Assembly (NCBI GenBank): GCA_965657945.1
Contig: CBFHPW010000002.1
Location: 99,818 to 163,817 of the forward strand
Direction: 5' to 3'
Length of the DNA stretch: 64,000 bases
Source of the DNA: Flavobacteriales bacterium
GTDB taxonomy: Bacteria; Bacteroidota; Bacteroidia; Flavobacteriales_D; CAJJDF01
Shown here: positions 27,364-38,073 of the stretch, piece by piece
How positions within the stretch are numbered: the first letter of the stretch is position 1
Layout of the letters: each line of letters starts with the position of its first letter
Notes under the pieces: model-generated
Databases searched by the model: none
Seen by the model: only the letters and a program-made list of their open reading frames with translations
What the model was told of the DNA's origin: nothing
Program-made: the position numbers and the translations under genes

Positions 27364-29306
27364 ACTAGGTTGTTGGTTGCCGTTTTAATCTCTGTGGAAA
27401 CTCCTGTCATTTTTTCCACTTCAGATAAAATAGATTCAGCATCAAAACCACATTCTTTGTACAACTCTGCTTGAGTTCCGTGTTCGATGTATCTATCAGG
27501 GATCCCCAATCTTTTTACTTGGGCTTGGTAACCATTTTCCGACATAAACTCGAGTACAGCTGAGCCCAAACCTCCCAAAATGGTTCCATCTTCTACCGTA
27601 ATTACTTTATCAAATTTAGTAAAAACTTCGTGTAGGATTGTTTCATCCATCGGTTTCAGGAATCGCATATCGTAATGAGCTGCGCTTATACCTTTCTCTT
27701 GAAACTGTCTTTCAATTTTCGCAATGAAAGTACCTGTGATTCCAATAGTCAAAATGGCTACGTCCGAACCATTCTTGAGCTTTCTCCCTTGTCCAATGGT
27801 CAATTTTTGCATTGGTTTTTTCCAATCTGGAGTAATTCCTTTTCCTCTTGGATAACGAATTGAAAAAGGACCATTCTGATCTGCCTGAGCAGTATACATT
27901 AAATTTCTTAATTCCAATTCATCCATTGGTGCAGAAACAATCATGTTAGGAATTGATCGCATATAAGCCAAATCGTAGGCTCCATGGTGGGTTGGGCCAT
28001 CGGCACCAACCAAACCTCCTCTATCCAAACAAAATACGACATTCAGATTTTGAATAGCTACATCATGCAACACTTGATCGTAAGCTCTTTGCATAAATGA
28101 GGAATATATATTACAAAATGGAATCATGCCTTGAGTAGCTAATCCCGCAGAAAAAGTTACCGCATGTTGTTCAGCAATACCTACATCAAAGGCTCTATCT
28201 GGCATTGCCTTCATCATGATGTTCAGCGAACAACCAGTTGGCATTGCAGGAGTTACCCCCGTAATTTTATCATTCTTTTCCGCCAATTCCACAATCGTGT
28301 GTCCAAATACATCTTGAAACTTTGGAGCATCTGTAGATTTTGGTAACACCTTTACTATTTCTCCCGTTTCTTTATTGAATAGTCCGGGAGCATGCCAAAC
28401 AGTGGTATCGCCTTCTTCAGCCGGTTTAAATCCTTTTCCTTTTTCTGTCAAGCAATGCACAATTTTTGGTCCGGGCAAGTGTTTTATTTCATTAAATAAT
28501 TTCACCATCGCCTGAACATCGTGACCATCTACTGGTCCAAAATATCGGAAATTCAATGACTCAAAGTAATTACTCTTTTGATAAATACTTCCTTTCAGAG
28601 CATCGCTCACTTTGTGAACAATTTGTTGGGCACTTGATCCAAATGAACTTAGTTTACCCAATAAATTCCATACTTCATCCTTTACTTTGTTGTAGGGTTT
28701 TGAAGCCGATAAATCTCTTAAATATTCTTTTAAGGCACCAACATTTGGGTCAATAGACATACAATTGTCATTCAAAACCACAATCATGTTTGAGTCTTCT
28801 ATTCCTCCATGATTAAGACCTTCGAATGCCAAACCAGCAGTCATTGCACCATCTCCAATTACGGCAATGTGTTGCCTCTCTTTTTCTCCTTTTATTTGAC
28901 TAGCAACAGCCATTCCAAGAGCTGCTGAGATTGAGGTGGAAGAGTGCCCTACTCCAAACGTATCGTACTCACTTTCACTCCTCTTTGGAAAACCACTTAT
29001 TCCTTTGTACACTCTATTGGTGTCAAATACATCTTTTCTACCCGTTATGATTTTGTGTCCATAAGCCTGGTGACCCACATCCCAAACCAATTGATCATAA
29101 GGAGTATTGAATACATAATGAATTGCAGAGGTAAGTTCAACCACACCCAAACTTGCACCAAAATGCCCTCCTTTTTCAGAAACCACATCTACAATAAACT
29201 GCCTCAATTCTTTGCAAAATTGCGGCAATTGTTCTGGCGTCACCAATTTTTTTAAGTCCTCAGGACTATTAATTTTTGAGAGGATTTCTCCTGCTTGAAA
29301 AGGCAT
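27360..29306 (-). CDS. dxs: 1-deoxy-D-xylulose-5-phosphate synthase
   Basis: TPP-binding GDGAMTAG...LNDN, DVGHQAYGHKI and DVGIAEQHAVTFSAGLA signatures. Confidence 0.95.
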   Translation of the reverse strand: MPFQAGEILSKINSPEDLKKLVTPEQLPQFCKELRQFIVDVVSEKGGHFGASLGVVELTSAIHYVFNTPYDQLVWDVGHQAYGHKIITGRKDVFDTNRVYKGISGFPKRSESEYDTFGVGHSSTSISAALGMAVASQIKGEKERQHIAVIGDGAMTAGLAFEGLNHGGIEDSNMIVVLNDNCMSIDPNVGALKEYLRDLSASKPYNKVKDEVWNLLGKLSSFGSSAQQIVHKVSDALKGSIYQKSNYFESLNFRYFGPVDGHDVQAMVKLFNEIKHLPGPKIVHCLTEKGKGFKPAEEGDTTVWHAPGLFNKETGEIVKVLPKSTDAPKFQDVFGHTIVELAEKNDKITGVTPAMPTGCSLNIMMKAMPDRAFDVGIAEQHAVTFSAGLATQGMIPFCNIYSSFMQRAYDQVLHDVAIQNLNVVFCLDRGGLVGADGPTHHGAYDLAYMRSIPNMIVSAPMDELELRNLMYTAQADQNGPFSIRYPRGKGITPDWKKPMQKLTIGQGRKLKNGSDVAILTIGITGTFIAKIERQFQEKGISAAHYDMRFLKPMDETILHEVFTKFDKVITVEDGTILGGLGSAVLEFMSENGYQAQVKRLGIPDRYIEHGTQAELYKECGFDAESILSEVEKMTGVSTEIKTATNNLV

Positions 29307-29346
29307 AAGCGTTTAGTTTTCTTTTAGAAACTAAAGATAGATGAAA

Positions 29347-29703
29347 TTATTGTAAAAATCTATTTTGTTTAACTAATTTTAAAAATAGATAAACAGTTAA
29401 GATGTTAATAGATATAATGCGGTGGATTGGGATAAATACCCCTTTTTTGAGTACGATATGATCTTCACCCACAGCCCAAATTGTTGTGTTCACCTCTTTG
29501 AGTCCTTCAGAATCTTGAAAAACAATTTCAATTTTATTATGAAATAGATTTCCCAATTTTTCTGCATCATGCAATTTTTTCAACAATGCTTTTTGCTCGT
29601 CTGGGGTTCTTAATTTTATTGGTTTTGAGGGAAATACTAAATTTTCCACCTCTTCTTTTTCAATCAATTTTGTTGCTAAATTTTCCATACTAATTTGATT
29701 CAA
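29347..29703 (-). CDS. Hypothetical protein downstream of tilS
   Basis: 118-aa ORF that overlaps the tilS stop. An alternative ATG at 29688 gives MENLATK. No recognisable motif. Confidence 0.5.
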   Translation of the reverse strand: MNQISMENLATKLIEKEEVENLVFPSKPIKLRTPDEQKALLKKLHDAEKLGNLFHNKIEIVFQDSEGLKEVNTTIWAVGEDHIVLKKGVFIPIHRIISINILTVYLFLKLVKQNRFLQ

Positions 29704-31024
29704 AGGTTATTTTTAACACTGTTTTGGAAGAATCAGTCAGCTTAAAAGAATCGTCTATTCGGTGTCCAACAACCCAAAAAATTTGATTGTTTGAAAGTAA
29801 AACCCACGTATTCTCTTTTTCTATTCTTGATAGTTTTTTATCAATCAAAAAATCGCTTACTTTTTTCTTTCCTCTCATTCCAAAAGGACGAAATCTATCT
29901 CCCTGTTGCCACTTTCTTAACTCCAATGGATACGTCAATTTATCCGCATCTAAAAAAGCAAATTTCGAATCGGTCAGCAAGTCAAAATCTCCCATTGGGA
30001 ATTGGTTAAACGTTAATTCCAAACCAAAAGTTTCAACTTTATTTTGATTTTTGATCGTGATGATTTCGTTTTTCTGCTCTTCGATTCTTTGAACAAAAAT
30101 AAGTGATCGGTCAATTAACAGTCGATAAGATTGGGTAAAAAACTCTTTCCCAACAAAATGACCTTTTGAAATTGATTCCAGTATATCATTGACCTGCGAA
30201 CGATCAAAACCAAAGGATTTCAGAGCTTCAAACAGCACCAGCGATGAATTATTACACTGCAATAATTCCTCCCATCGAATCGATAATCCCTTTTCATTGG
30301 TCATAGAAATTGAAGCAATCATGGCATCCATCGATATTTTATAAAACTCAAAAGCTTCCTTGAAATGGGACAAATTATTTTTCATTGTGCCCACAAAATT
30401 TGGGTTGATTTCTTCAAAGATAGGCAACACCTTATTCCTTACTTTGTTTCGCTTATACTGATCTGAACTATTACTTTTATCCTCTCGAAACAGCACCTGT
30501 TTGTCTTTGGCATACTTCCTTATTTCCGATTTCGAGGTATTTAATAGGGGTCGAAACAAGTCATTACTTATCATCGGGATTCCTTTAATCCCTTCGATAC
30601 CTGTTCCCCGAGCTATATTTAACAAGGCCGTTTCAATTGAATCGTTTAAATGATGGCCGGTTACTAAAAAATCACAATGGTGGAGCGCCATTAATTCCTT
30701 AAACCAAGAGTAGCGCAAATCTCTGGCAGCCATTTGGGTAGAAACTCCTGCAGTTTTTTTATACTGATCAAGGTGAATTTGTTTCACAAAACATGTTATC
30801 CCTTTGACTTCACAAATACCTGTTACGAGTTCTTGATCTCGCTCAGAGTCCTGTCCTCTCAAACCAAAATTACAATGAGCCACAACAAAATTTAGTCGTG
30901 CTGAATGAAAGATATCCAATAAGACCATAGAGTCAACCCCTCCGCTAACTGCAAGAATAAACTTGGAGTTTTTGGAGACATTTAATTCTTTCAGGTTATG
31001 TTGTAATTCTTCTTTCATATTCAT
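29690..31024 (-). CDS. tilS: tRNA(Ile)-lysidine synthetase
   Basis: PP-loop motif LAVSGGVDSMVL and HHLNDSIET. Confidence 0.9.
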   Translation of the reverse strand: MNMKEELQHNLKELNVSKNSKFILAVSGGVDSMVLLDIFHSARLNFVVAHCNFGLRGQDSERDQELVTGICEVKGITCFVKQIHLDQYKKTAGVSTQMAARDLRYSWFKELMALHHCDFLVTGHHLNDSIETALLNIARGTGIEGIKGIPMISNDLFRPLLNTSKSEIRKYAKDKQVLFREDKSNSSDQYKRNKVRNKVLPIFEEINPNFVGTMKNNLSHFKEAFEFYKISMDAMIASISMTNEKGLSIRWEELLQCNNSSLVLFEALKSFGFDRSQVNDILESISKGHFVGKEFFTQSYRLLIDRSLIFVQRIEEQKNEIITIKNQNKVETFGLELTFNQFPMGDFDLLTDSKFAFLDADKLTYPLELRKWQQGDRFRPFGMRGKKKVSDFLIDKKLSRIEKENTWVLLSNNQIFWVVGHRIDDSFKLTDSSKTVLKITFESN

Positions 31025-31052
31025 AAAAAAACCATCTCAATATTTGAGATGG
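31025..31052 (-). terminator. Rho-independent terminator of the YceI-like gene
   Basis: On the minus strand, CCATCTCAA-ATA-TTGAGATGG (31032-31052) is followed by a T7 run (31025-31031). It directly abuts the tilS start codon. Confidence 0.6.
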
Positions 31053-31078
31053 CTCTATTAATTTAGTTGAATATCCCT

Positions 31079-31693
31079 TTATTTTTTCAAAATGGCCACA
31101 GAAGCTTTTATGTCTACTTCGCTCCATGTTTTGCTCACTCCATCTTTTCCTTTGTGCAAATCGTAGCAAGCCACATTTAAGGAATCCATCGCTTCTTGTC
31201 CGTTCCAGTTTAATACATCCATTTTGGCTGTGATAAAAATAGAGTCATTCTGTAGAGAATACTCATAAGGCAATTCTGTAGATGTTCCGTTCATTTCTAA
31301 ATCCAACTTACCTTCTCCATTTTCTCCCTGATGAAAAGTTCCTTTAATGAATTCCGTGTTATCCATTACTCCAAAGAATAAATTCACCAATTTCCAATCC
31401 CTGTCTTTGTTACCTGTAAATAAACTCGATACTGGCACGGCAAAAGACACGCCATTGAGCGCTCCTTCTTTTGACTCAGCTAATTGGTAATCCTTGATGT
31501 TAATTTTACCAAACTCACCTCCCACTCCAACTTTTTCTGTTGTTTTATAAGCAACCCATTTTAGGCTAACCGTCTCTGTGTCTATTTGGTACATAGCTGA
31601 CTCATCCACTACAGCCACTTCCGCTTTTGTTGATTCTCCGCAAGAAAAAAGGGTAATTCCCGCTAATACTAGTCCTATCGTAAATACTCTCAT
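31079..31693 (-). CDS. YceI-like lipoprotein
   Basis: Lipobox ITLFSC. WVAYKTTEKVGVGGEFGKI and NKDRDWKLVNLFF resemble the YceI fold pattern. Confidence 0.5.
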   Translation of the reverse strand: MRVFTIGLVLAGITLFSCGESTKAEVAVVDESAMYQIDTETVSLKWVAYKTTEKVGVGGEFGKINIKDYQLAESKEGALNGVSFAVPVSSLFTGNKDRDWKLVNLFFGVMDNTEFIKGTFHQGENGEGKLDLEMNGTSTELPYEYSLQNDSIFITAKMDVLNWNGQEAMDSLNVACYDLHKGKDGVSKTWSEVDIKASVAILKK

Positions 31694-31716
31694 AATTCTA
31701 TATTTTATGTTATTAA

Positions 31717-32217
31717 TTATTCAAATTCTATAAGAATCGCGTTCTTATCTACCGTTTTTGACTTTTCTGTTTTGATAGATTTTATTACTCCGTCAATTGG
31801 AGATTTTAATACATTCTCCATTTTCATCGCTTCCAAAATCAACACGGAATCACCTGCTTTCACTTCTTGTCCTTGCTCTACTTGAATAGAAACGACTAAT
31901 CCGGGCATTGGCGCTTTAATTTCTTTCACCACCTTAGTTGTCATATTACTCAATCCGAGTTCCTTTAGCAGAATATCGTACTTATCTTTTAGGCTTACCT
32001 GATACGTGTTGTTATTCACTTTAAGTGTCACAACTTTTTTCTCGGCATCATACCCCACAGTTTCGATTGTATAAGAAACGTTCTCTATCAATGCGTGTTT
32101 TTTATTTTGCGAAACCTCAATCACATCAAGCTTTTTGTTTTCTGAATTAACCATCACCTCGGAAGGAGAAATTACTTCTAAGTCGAATTCCTTTTGATTT
32201 ATTGTTGCTTTAATCAC
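31717..32217 (-). CDS. Biotin carboxyl carrier / biotin-lipoyl attachment domain protein
   Basis: C-terminal biotinylation motif LEAMKMEN, preceded by APMPGLVV. Confidence 0.8.
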   Translation of the reverse strand: MIKATINQKEFDLEVISPSEVMVNSENKKLDVIEVSQNKKHALIENVSYTIETVGYDAEKKVVTLKVNNNTYQVSLKDKYDILLKELGLSNMTTKVVKEIKAPMPGLVVSIQVEQGQEVKAGDSVLILEAMKMENVLKSPIDGVIKSIKTEKSKTVDKNAILIEFE

Positions 32218-32316
32218 TCGTTACAAATTTCAGTAAAGATAGTTATTTTCTATTAAAATATGTGTTAATTTGAATCTTGAAACTAGAGAAAATAAAGAAG
32301 TCTTCTCTGTTTTTTT

Positions 32317-33252
32317 TTGACACAAAATCCAATTCACCCCTTTATTTTGCAACTTCTTCAGTTTTTAATTATTCCATTACTCTACCTGGCTGTTTTTCCT
32401 ACGAGCGGTCTTTGCCAATCAGATTCCCAACAGGTATTGGAAGAATTTCTATGGAGTGAATGTTTCGATTCTAACAAACTGTCTACCCAACGAATCCGCA
32501 CTATCACTCAATCTCACTTTCACAAGCTCCCCTTGGAACCAATTATCAAGACAAGAAGCAAAATTACGTTTTGGGAATTGAACAAAGACGGGAAAGTAAC
32601 GATGAATTACAACACTGTGCCCTTAAACGACACCCTCGTGGATACTACTGCTCGTTGGAATTTCTATAAAAACAACCGACTTTCCATGACAAAAAAAACA
32701 GGAATAGCGGGCATTGTGGTGAAAACTATCTCGTACCAAAATGACTTACCTATCCGTTTCATTTATGGAAAATCAAAAAACAATAGCCGGTCAAAAATTG
32801 AGCTACAATTAGATTCCTATCATGAGGGAAGAAGCGAATATTTAGAGCACACTCAATTTGGTGACGGAAACCATCAAACGACTTACAAAAGCTCGGATGG
32901 AGTTGTCTTCAAAATAGTATTGAATGAATCACTAGACAGTAATATGCAGATTATTCGCACTCAATTTCCCTATCAATCGGAGAAAGATTTTACCATCGAA
33001 AAAATTGAGAAAAACCACACTATTAAAAGCATAACGATCAAGAAAAAAAATGAAGTGTTAAAAAATTATGTGTTTACCTACGAGCTAAAACTTACAGAGT
33101 TTGAAACCTTTGAATCGAAAAACGGGAAATCTATTTCGCATACTGAATTGATTTACGAGGAGGCAACAGGCCTGTTACAAGCCATACTGACGAAGAATTT
33201 GCACAACGAGGAAATACACATAACCAAATACCACTACACCTATTATGAATGA
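32317..33252 (+). CDS. Hypothetical secreted protein
   Basis: 311-aa ORF with a hydrophobic N-terminus and no motif recognised. The start codon is uncertain. Confidence 0.55.
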   Translation: MTQNPIHPFILQLLQFLIIPLLYLAVFPTSGLCQSDSQQVLEEFLWSECFDSNKLSTQRIRTITQSHFHKLPLEPIIKTRSKITFWELNKDGKVTMNYNTVPLNDTLVDTTARWNFYKNNRLSMTKKTGIAGIVVKTISYQNDLPIRFIYGKSKNNSRSKIELQLDSYHEGRSEYLEHTQFGDGNHQTTYKSSDGVVFKIVLNESLDSNMQIIRTQFPYQSEKDFTIEKIEKNHTIKSITIKKKNEVLKNYVFTYELKLTEFETFESKNGKSISHTELIYEEATGLLQAILTKNLHNEEIHITKYHYTYYE

Positions 33253-33472
33253 GTTAACTATCGAAATCATTGGTTATATCGCGATGGCTCTTATTGCTAT
33301 TTCGTTTTTGATGAAAAACATAAGGACTTTGCGAATTTTAAATGCCTTGGGTGCAGCTGCCTTCATCATCTATGGAATACTACTCAAGCAGCCCCCAATC
33401 TATTTACTCAACTCTTTTATTCTTCTTGTTCATTTATTTTATTTGATGAATCCAAAAAAACAAAACAAATAA
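33245..33472 (+). CDS. Small (75 aa) two/three-TM membrane protein
   Basis: IIGYIAMALIAISFLMKN...LGAAAFIIYGILL. It overlaps the preceding ORF by 8 nt. Confidence 0.5.
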   Translation: MNELTIEIIGYIAMALIAISFLMKNIRTLRILNALGAAAFIIYGILLKQPPIYLLNSFILLVHLFYLMNPKKQNK

Positions 33473-33522
33473 ATCTGGCACAGCTTTTGTTTTAGGATGG
33501 TCGTTATTAAACGTAAAACAAA

Positions 33523-34356
33523 ATGAAATCAATTGCCACCCAAATAAAAGTATATGCATTGGCCTTTGCCGGCATATTTTACACCACTCAATCATTTGCA
33601 ATAGCGAGCAGTAATCTGGTAAAAAAAGCAACCGTAACTGCGAAATACAGAACCATCAATCACCAAGCTTTTAAAGCTGGAGAAAAACTTACCTACCGAT
33701 TGCATTACGGATTCATTGATGCAGGCGAAGCAATTATGGAAGTAAAGAGCACAAATAAAAAGGTGAAAGGCAGAAGTTTGCTTCATGTAGTGGGTACTGG
33801 GCGCACACTAGGGTCATTTAACTGGATATTTAAAGTAAAAGACAAGTACGAAAGTTACATTGATTCAGAAGGGGTTTTCCCCTGGATGTTCATCCGAAGA
33901 GTGGATGAGGGAGGTTTCAAAATCAACCAAGATTACATTTTTAAACAAAACGAAAACAAAGTAAAAACTCAAGACAAAGAAGAGTACAAAGTAACTGAAG
34001 GAATTCAAGACATGTTATCTTCATTTTACTATGCCCGTACCTTAGATTTCAACAACGCTATCATAGGACAGGAATATGCCATGGACATGTTTTTGGACGA
34101 TGAAATTTTCCCCTTCAAAATAAAGTATCTCGGTACGGAAGAAATTAAAACACGGAAAGGAAAATTCGATTGCATCAAACTAAGACCCTTAATGATGAAG
34201 GGAAGAGTTTGGGAAACGGAAGAAAGTATGACCATTTGGGTAACCAATGACAACAACAAGATTCCAATATTGATGAAAACCAAAATCGCAGTAGGATCAG
34301 TAAAGGCGACCCTTACCGATTGGGAAGGCACAGTCTCTGCAATCAAGAGAAAATAA
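33523..34356 (+). CDS. DUF3108-like secreted protein
   Basis: Signal peptide. GEKLTYRLHYGFIDAGEA is the pattern I associate with DUF3108. Confidence 0.55.
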   Translation: MKSIATQIKVYALAFAGIFYTTQSFAIASSNLVKKATVTAKYRTINHQAFKAGEKLTYRLHYGFIDAGEAIMEVKSTNKKVKGRSLLHVVGTGRTLGSFNWIFKVKDKYESYIDSEGVFPWMFIRRVDEGGFKINQDYIFKQNENKVKTQDKEEYKVTEGIQDMLSSFYYARTLDFNNAIIGQEYAMDMFLDDEIFPFKIKYLGTEEIKTRKGKFDCIKLRPLMMKGRVWETEESMTIWVTNDNNKIPILMKTKIAVGSVKATLTDWEGTVSAIKRK

Positions 34357-34500
34357 CAACTCGATAATAGGGCAAGAAAGTTGAGTCAGAAGTAGAGTAT
34401 GACTCGGCTTTTCTTATACTGGAAAACTAAATGGAAAATCTTAATAAAAAGACTTTACTCCTAAAATAATTTGTTTATTTTTGAGCAAAAGAACGAAACA

Positions 34501-34878
34501 ATGAATTTACCAGAAAACTTAAAATTTACAAAAGATCACGAATGGGTGTTGATAGAAGGAAACACAGCTACCATCGGAATTACAGATTTTGCTCAAGGAG
34601 AACTTGGAGAAATTGTGTACGTAGAGATCGAAACGGAAGGAGAAACTTTAGAAAAAGAAGAAGTATTTGGAACTATTGAAGCAGTAAAAACTGTATCGGA
34701 TTTGTTTATGCCATTGTCAGGGGAAATCACAGAATTCAACTCAAAACTAGAAGAGAATCCAGAAGCGGTAAACGAAAACCCGTATGCGGAAGGATGGATG
34801 ATAAAAATGACAATTTCCAATCCGGAGGAAGCTGCCGATTTGTTAGACGCAGAAGCCTACAAAGCCTTAATTGGATAA
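34501..34878 (+). CDS. gcvH: Glycine cleavage system H protein
   Basis: KFTKDHEW...GITDFAQ...ESVK-type lipoyl site ([10 protein letters not shown]). I prefer the ATG at 34501. Confidence 0.95.
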   Translation: MNLPENLKFTKDHEWVLIEGNTATIGITDFAQGELGEIVYVEIETEGETLEKEEVFGTIEAVKTVSDLFMPLSGEITEFNSKLEENPEAVNENPYAEGWMIKMTISNPEEAADLLDAEAYKALIG

Positions 34879-34967
34879 TCAGAATTGTATAAAAATTCCT
34901 AAAATTCACACCTTGTTAACACGTAATAATGAAATATTGCGTATTTTCAGGGAGCAATTAAACTAAC

Positions 34968-35642
34968 ATGGAAATAAAAAAGACAGAAGAAGCAAGCATA
35001 GAAAAAAAGAAAATATCTTTATTCCTCTTAGGATTAACGATTGCTTCTATTTTCGTACTGCTGGGTTTCGAATTGAGATCGGCTCTCAACAGTAAACTTG
35101 AGCCCTTGGCTGAGAAAGCTGGAATGGATGACGAAATCATCGAAGAAGTGGTGATGCAGGAAAACACACCACCACCACCGCCACCACCACCACCGCCACC
35201 ACCAGAGCCAGAAGTAATTGAGGTTGTAGACGACAAAAAAGAAGTGAAAGAGCAAGAAATTGCCAAGACCACTGAAGTAGATCAAAAAATTGAGATTTTT
35301 GACGAACCAGAAGCACCTAAGGTAGAACAGATTTTTACTGTAGTTGAGAAAAACCCAAGTTTCCCTGGTGGAGAAGAAAAATTATTTGAATACCTAGGTA
35401 AATCTATTTCTTACCCACAAATGGCAAAAGAAGCAGGTGTAAAAGGAAAGGTCTATGTACAATTCGTTGTGGAAAAAAATGGGGCTATCACAGACATAAA
35501 AATCATTAGAGGAATTGGCAGTGGCTGTGATGAAGAAGCGAAAAAAGCCGTGAAAAACATGCCCAAATGGGAACCAGGTGAACAGAGGGGTAAACCAGTA
35601 AGAGTAAGATTTGTACTACCCGTAAATTTCTCTTTACGTTAA
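34968..35642 (+). CDS. TonB-family energy transducer with a poly-proline spacer
   Basis: N-terminal TM helix, a P12-EPE spacer, and a C-terminal TonB domain (PSFPGGEEKLFEYL...GKVYVQFVVEKNGAITDIKI...PGEQRGKPVRV). Confidence 0.85.
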   Translation: MEIKKTEEASIEKKKISLFLLGLTIASIFVLLGFELRSALNSKLEPLAEKAGMDDEIIEEVVMQENTPPPPPPPPPPPPEPEVIEVVDDKKEVKEQEIAKTTEVDQKIEIFDEPEAPKVEQIFTVVEKNPSFPGGEEKLFEYLGKSISYPQMAKEAGVKGKVYVQFVVEKNGAITDIKIIRGIGSGCDEEAKKAVKNMPKWEPGEQRGKPVRVRFVLPVNFSLR

Positions 35643-35728
35643 TTAAATCATACTACCTTTAAATAAGTCATCAGGTTTCATTTTTGTTGAATTGAAAAAA
35701 TTGTACTAATTTAGAGAATAGACAAGTC

Positions 35729-35959
35729 ATGAAAAAAAAATATTACATATTCCTTATTGCCCTGATTGCGGTTGCAAGTTGTTCGAAAGAAGAACCTCTG
35801 AGTCCGACAATCTCAGGAAATGATCATGGTCCGCAAATGATAAAGGGAGATGTAGTAGTTGTATTGGATGACGATGATAACGACAATTCAGTATTTGACG
35901 ATATCACGGATCCTGAAAAAGAAGACAAAGAGAAGACAAACAAAAACGCTAAAAACTAA
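35729..35959 (+). CDS. Small acidic lipoprotein (hypothetical)
   Basis: Lipobox AVASC and a D/E-rich tail (VVLDDDDNDNSVFDD). Confidence 0.5.
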   Translation: MKKKYYIFLIALIAVASCSKEEPLSPTISGNDHGPQMIKGDVVVVLDDDDNDNSVFDDITDPEKEDKEKTNKNAKN

Positions 35960-36035
35960 AGAAGACTAATCCTTGCAAACCATTCGTTTACACGAATGGT
36001 TTTTTTATGCCTTAAATTTTGTTCATTAACTACCT

Positions 36036-37607
36036 ATGGCCAACAAATACTCTAGTCATCTTTACGAACTAATCAATTCCTTGTCTAAGGCAGAGAAGAG
36101 ATATTTTAAAGTTTATGTATCGCGGCATACAGCTGCCGATTCTCAAAACAATGCCCAAATTTTGTTTGATGCCATAGACAAACAAACAATATATGAAGAA
36201 GAACAATTACTGGAGCAGTTAAGCGAACACGTTTTTATTAAAAAATTTTCTATCGCCAAAGCTCGGTTGTACGACACTATATTAAAAAGTCTTGATGCCT
36301 TTTACAGCGAAAAATCCAAAGAGCAAATCATTCGGAATGAACTTCATTTCATTGAGATTCTTTTCGAGAAATCTTTGTACAAACAAAGTTTGAAACGACT
36401 AAAATCTGCTAAAAAACAAGCACAAAAATATAACAAAACGCATCTATTACTGGAACTACTGCAATGGGAGAAAAAACTGATTGAGAAGGATAATTACCAA
36501 TCCACTTCTTCAAAAAGTCTAACCGACTTGAGCTCAGACGAAAACGAATTAATCGCAAGCCTTTCGCTTAATTCACAACTCTGGGAAATAAAATCTCTTT
36601 TGTTTCATAAACTCAATAAAGTTGGAAGAGCAAGGACTGAAGAAGAAATTCAGTTTCTGAAAAAAGATTTAGAACCGGTAATTTCCAAAATAACAATACC
36701 TAAATCCAAAATAGGACTGTCCTACTTATTTAATCATCTGAAGGGAGCATACTACTTTGGTATTCAAGACAACAAAAATAGCTTGGAAACGGTTCTTCAA
36801 ACTATTGAAATTCTGGAAGAGAACCCGAATCATTTTGGGGACGAACCTAATATTCTAGTTTCAACTTTGGCCAATGGGGTATATTTATCAATAAAAAACG
36901 AAGATATTCAGGTTGCTCAGCAGTTATATGCCAAATTAAAGATCCTTTTTGAAATCCATGAAGAGAGCGGAAGCAAAGATTTAAAAATAAAAATGAAGTC
37001 GAGCTTGTGGAGCATTCAATTGCTCTTAATTAAGTTAACTTGTGATTTTTCGGCATTCGACAAGCTTGAATCCAAAATCACGCAATTCATAGAAACAAAC
37101 GAGAACAAAATAAACAATTCTCGATTGGCTTTCTTTTACTACAATCTTTCACACATTCTATTTATCCAAGATAAATTTTCTGAATCTCTAAAATGGACAA
37201 ACAAATTGCTGAACAATATAGCCATTGATCAATCACAGGAAATATATTCTTTTGCCGAATTACTCAACTTATTTTTACATTTTGAATTAGGCAATTACGA
37301 GCTGGTTCAGTATAACTTAAAATCCACAAAAAGATTCTTAAAGACAAGAAACAAGCTCTTCGCCTATGAAGAAATTTTATTGAATTTCTTTTCAAAAACG
37401 ACTCACCCCAGTTTTAGCAAGTTTGATTTGGACGTTCAATTCTCGTTGCTGATAACCAAACTTTCGAAACTGGACAAAAAAGAAATTCATCAAATTCCAC
37501 TAGAGTATTTTGAGTGTACTAACTGGGCTGAATCCAAGTTAAAAAACAAAAAGCTAAGCGACATTATCAGAACTCAAAACAAGTCGTTGATAAATTTTCA
37601 ATTATAG
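36036..37607 (+). CDS. Hypothetical 523-aa protein, apparently all-helical
   Basis: Long clean ORF with no signal peptide. K/E/L-rich, repeat-like helical composition. No motif recognised. Confidence 0.6.
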   Translation: MANKYSSHLYELINSLSKAEKRYFKVYVSRHTAADSQNNAQILFDAIDKQTIYEEEQLLEQLSEHVFIKKFSIAKARLYDTILKSLDAFYSEKSKEQIIRNELHFIEILFEKSLYKQSLKRLKSAKKQAQKYNKTHLLLELLQWEKKLIEKDNYQSTSSKSLTDLSSDENELIASLSLNSQLWEIKSLLFHKLNKVGRARTEEEIQFLKKDLEPVISKITIPKSKIGLSYLFNHLKGAYYFGIQDNKNSLETVLQTIEILEENPNHFGDEPNILVSTLANGVYLSIKNEDIQVAQQLYAKLKILFEIHEESGSKDLKIKMKSSLWSIQLLLIKLTCDFSAFDKLESKITQFIETNENKINNSRLAFFYYNLSHILFIQDKFSESLKWTNKLLNNIAIDQSQEIYSFAELLNLFLHFELGNYELVQYNLKSTKRFLKTRNKLFAYEEILLNFFSKTTHPSFSKFDLDVQFSLLITKLSKLDKKEIHQIPLEYFECTNWAESKLKNKKLSDIIRTQNKSLINFQL

Positions 37608-37731
37608 ATTTCCCTGTAAGTCCATTAGCTATTTTTTTATTTAGACTAATTAAAAATAATCAACTCAAATCTTTACAAGGCATTGTTTTTTGCCTATTTT
37701 TGTGATAGAATTAGACAAATAATCAATCGCC

Positions 37732-38055
37732 ATGATAAAAGTAAGTGATAACGCAAAAAAGCAGGCCATTCGCTTGATGGAAGACGAAGGGCAAGTTGGC
37801 TATTTTATTCGTGTGGGAGTGAAAGGAGGAGGCTGTTCAGGATTGATGTACGAACTAGATTTCGATAACGAAATAAAAGAATCGGACAAAGAAATAGAAG
37901 ACAATGGAATAAAAGTAGTCGTAGACAAAAAAAGTTATTTGTATTTGGTAGGAACTGAATTAGATTTTTCAGGGGGACTCAACGGAAAAGGGTTTGTTTT
38001 CAAAAACCCAAATGCAGACAGAACTTGCGGATGTGGAGAAAGTTTTTCTCTTTAA
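37732..38055 (+). CDS. sufA: HesB/IscA-family iron-sulfur cluster insertion protein
   Basis: GGCSG and the C-terminal CGCGESF motif. It sits directly upstream of sufB. Confidence 0.85.
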   Translation: MIKVSDNAKKQAIRLMEDEGQVGYFIRVGVKGGGCSGLMYELDFDNEIKESDKEIEDNGIKVVVDKKSYLYLVGTELDFSGGLNGKGFVFKNPNADRTCGCGESFSL

Positions 38056-38073
38056 CTAATTGAAAAAACAGCA

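Noticed and set aside
22460-29306. dxr and dxs lying within 7 kb of each other, as a possible MEP-pathway operon or island.
   Set aside because: They are on opposite strands and separated by unrelated genes (rseP, a histidine kinase and a hypothetical gene). This is ordinary scattered housekeeping organisation.
34958-35285. Antisense ORFs with poly-Gly (34958-35272) and poly-Trp/Arg (35034-35285) runs.
   Set aside because: They are mirror images of the CCA/CCG proline repeat in the TonB gene on the + strand.
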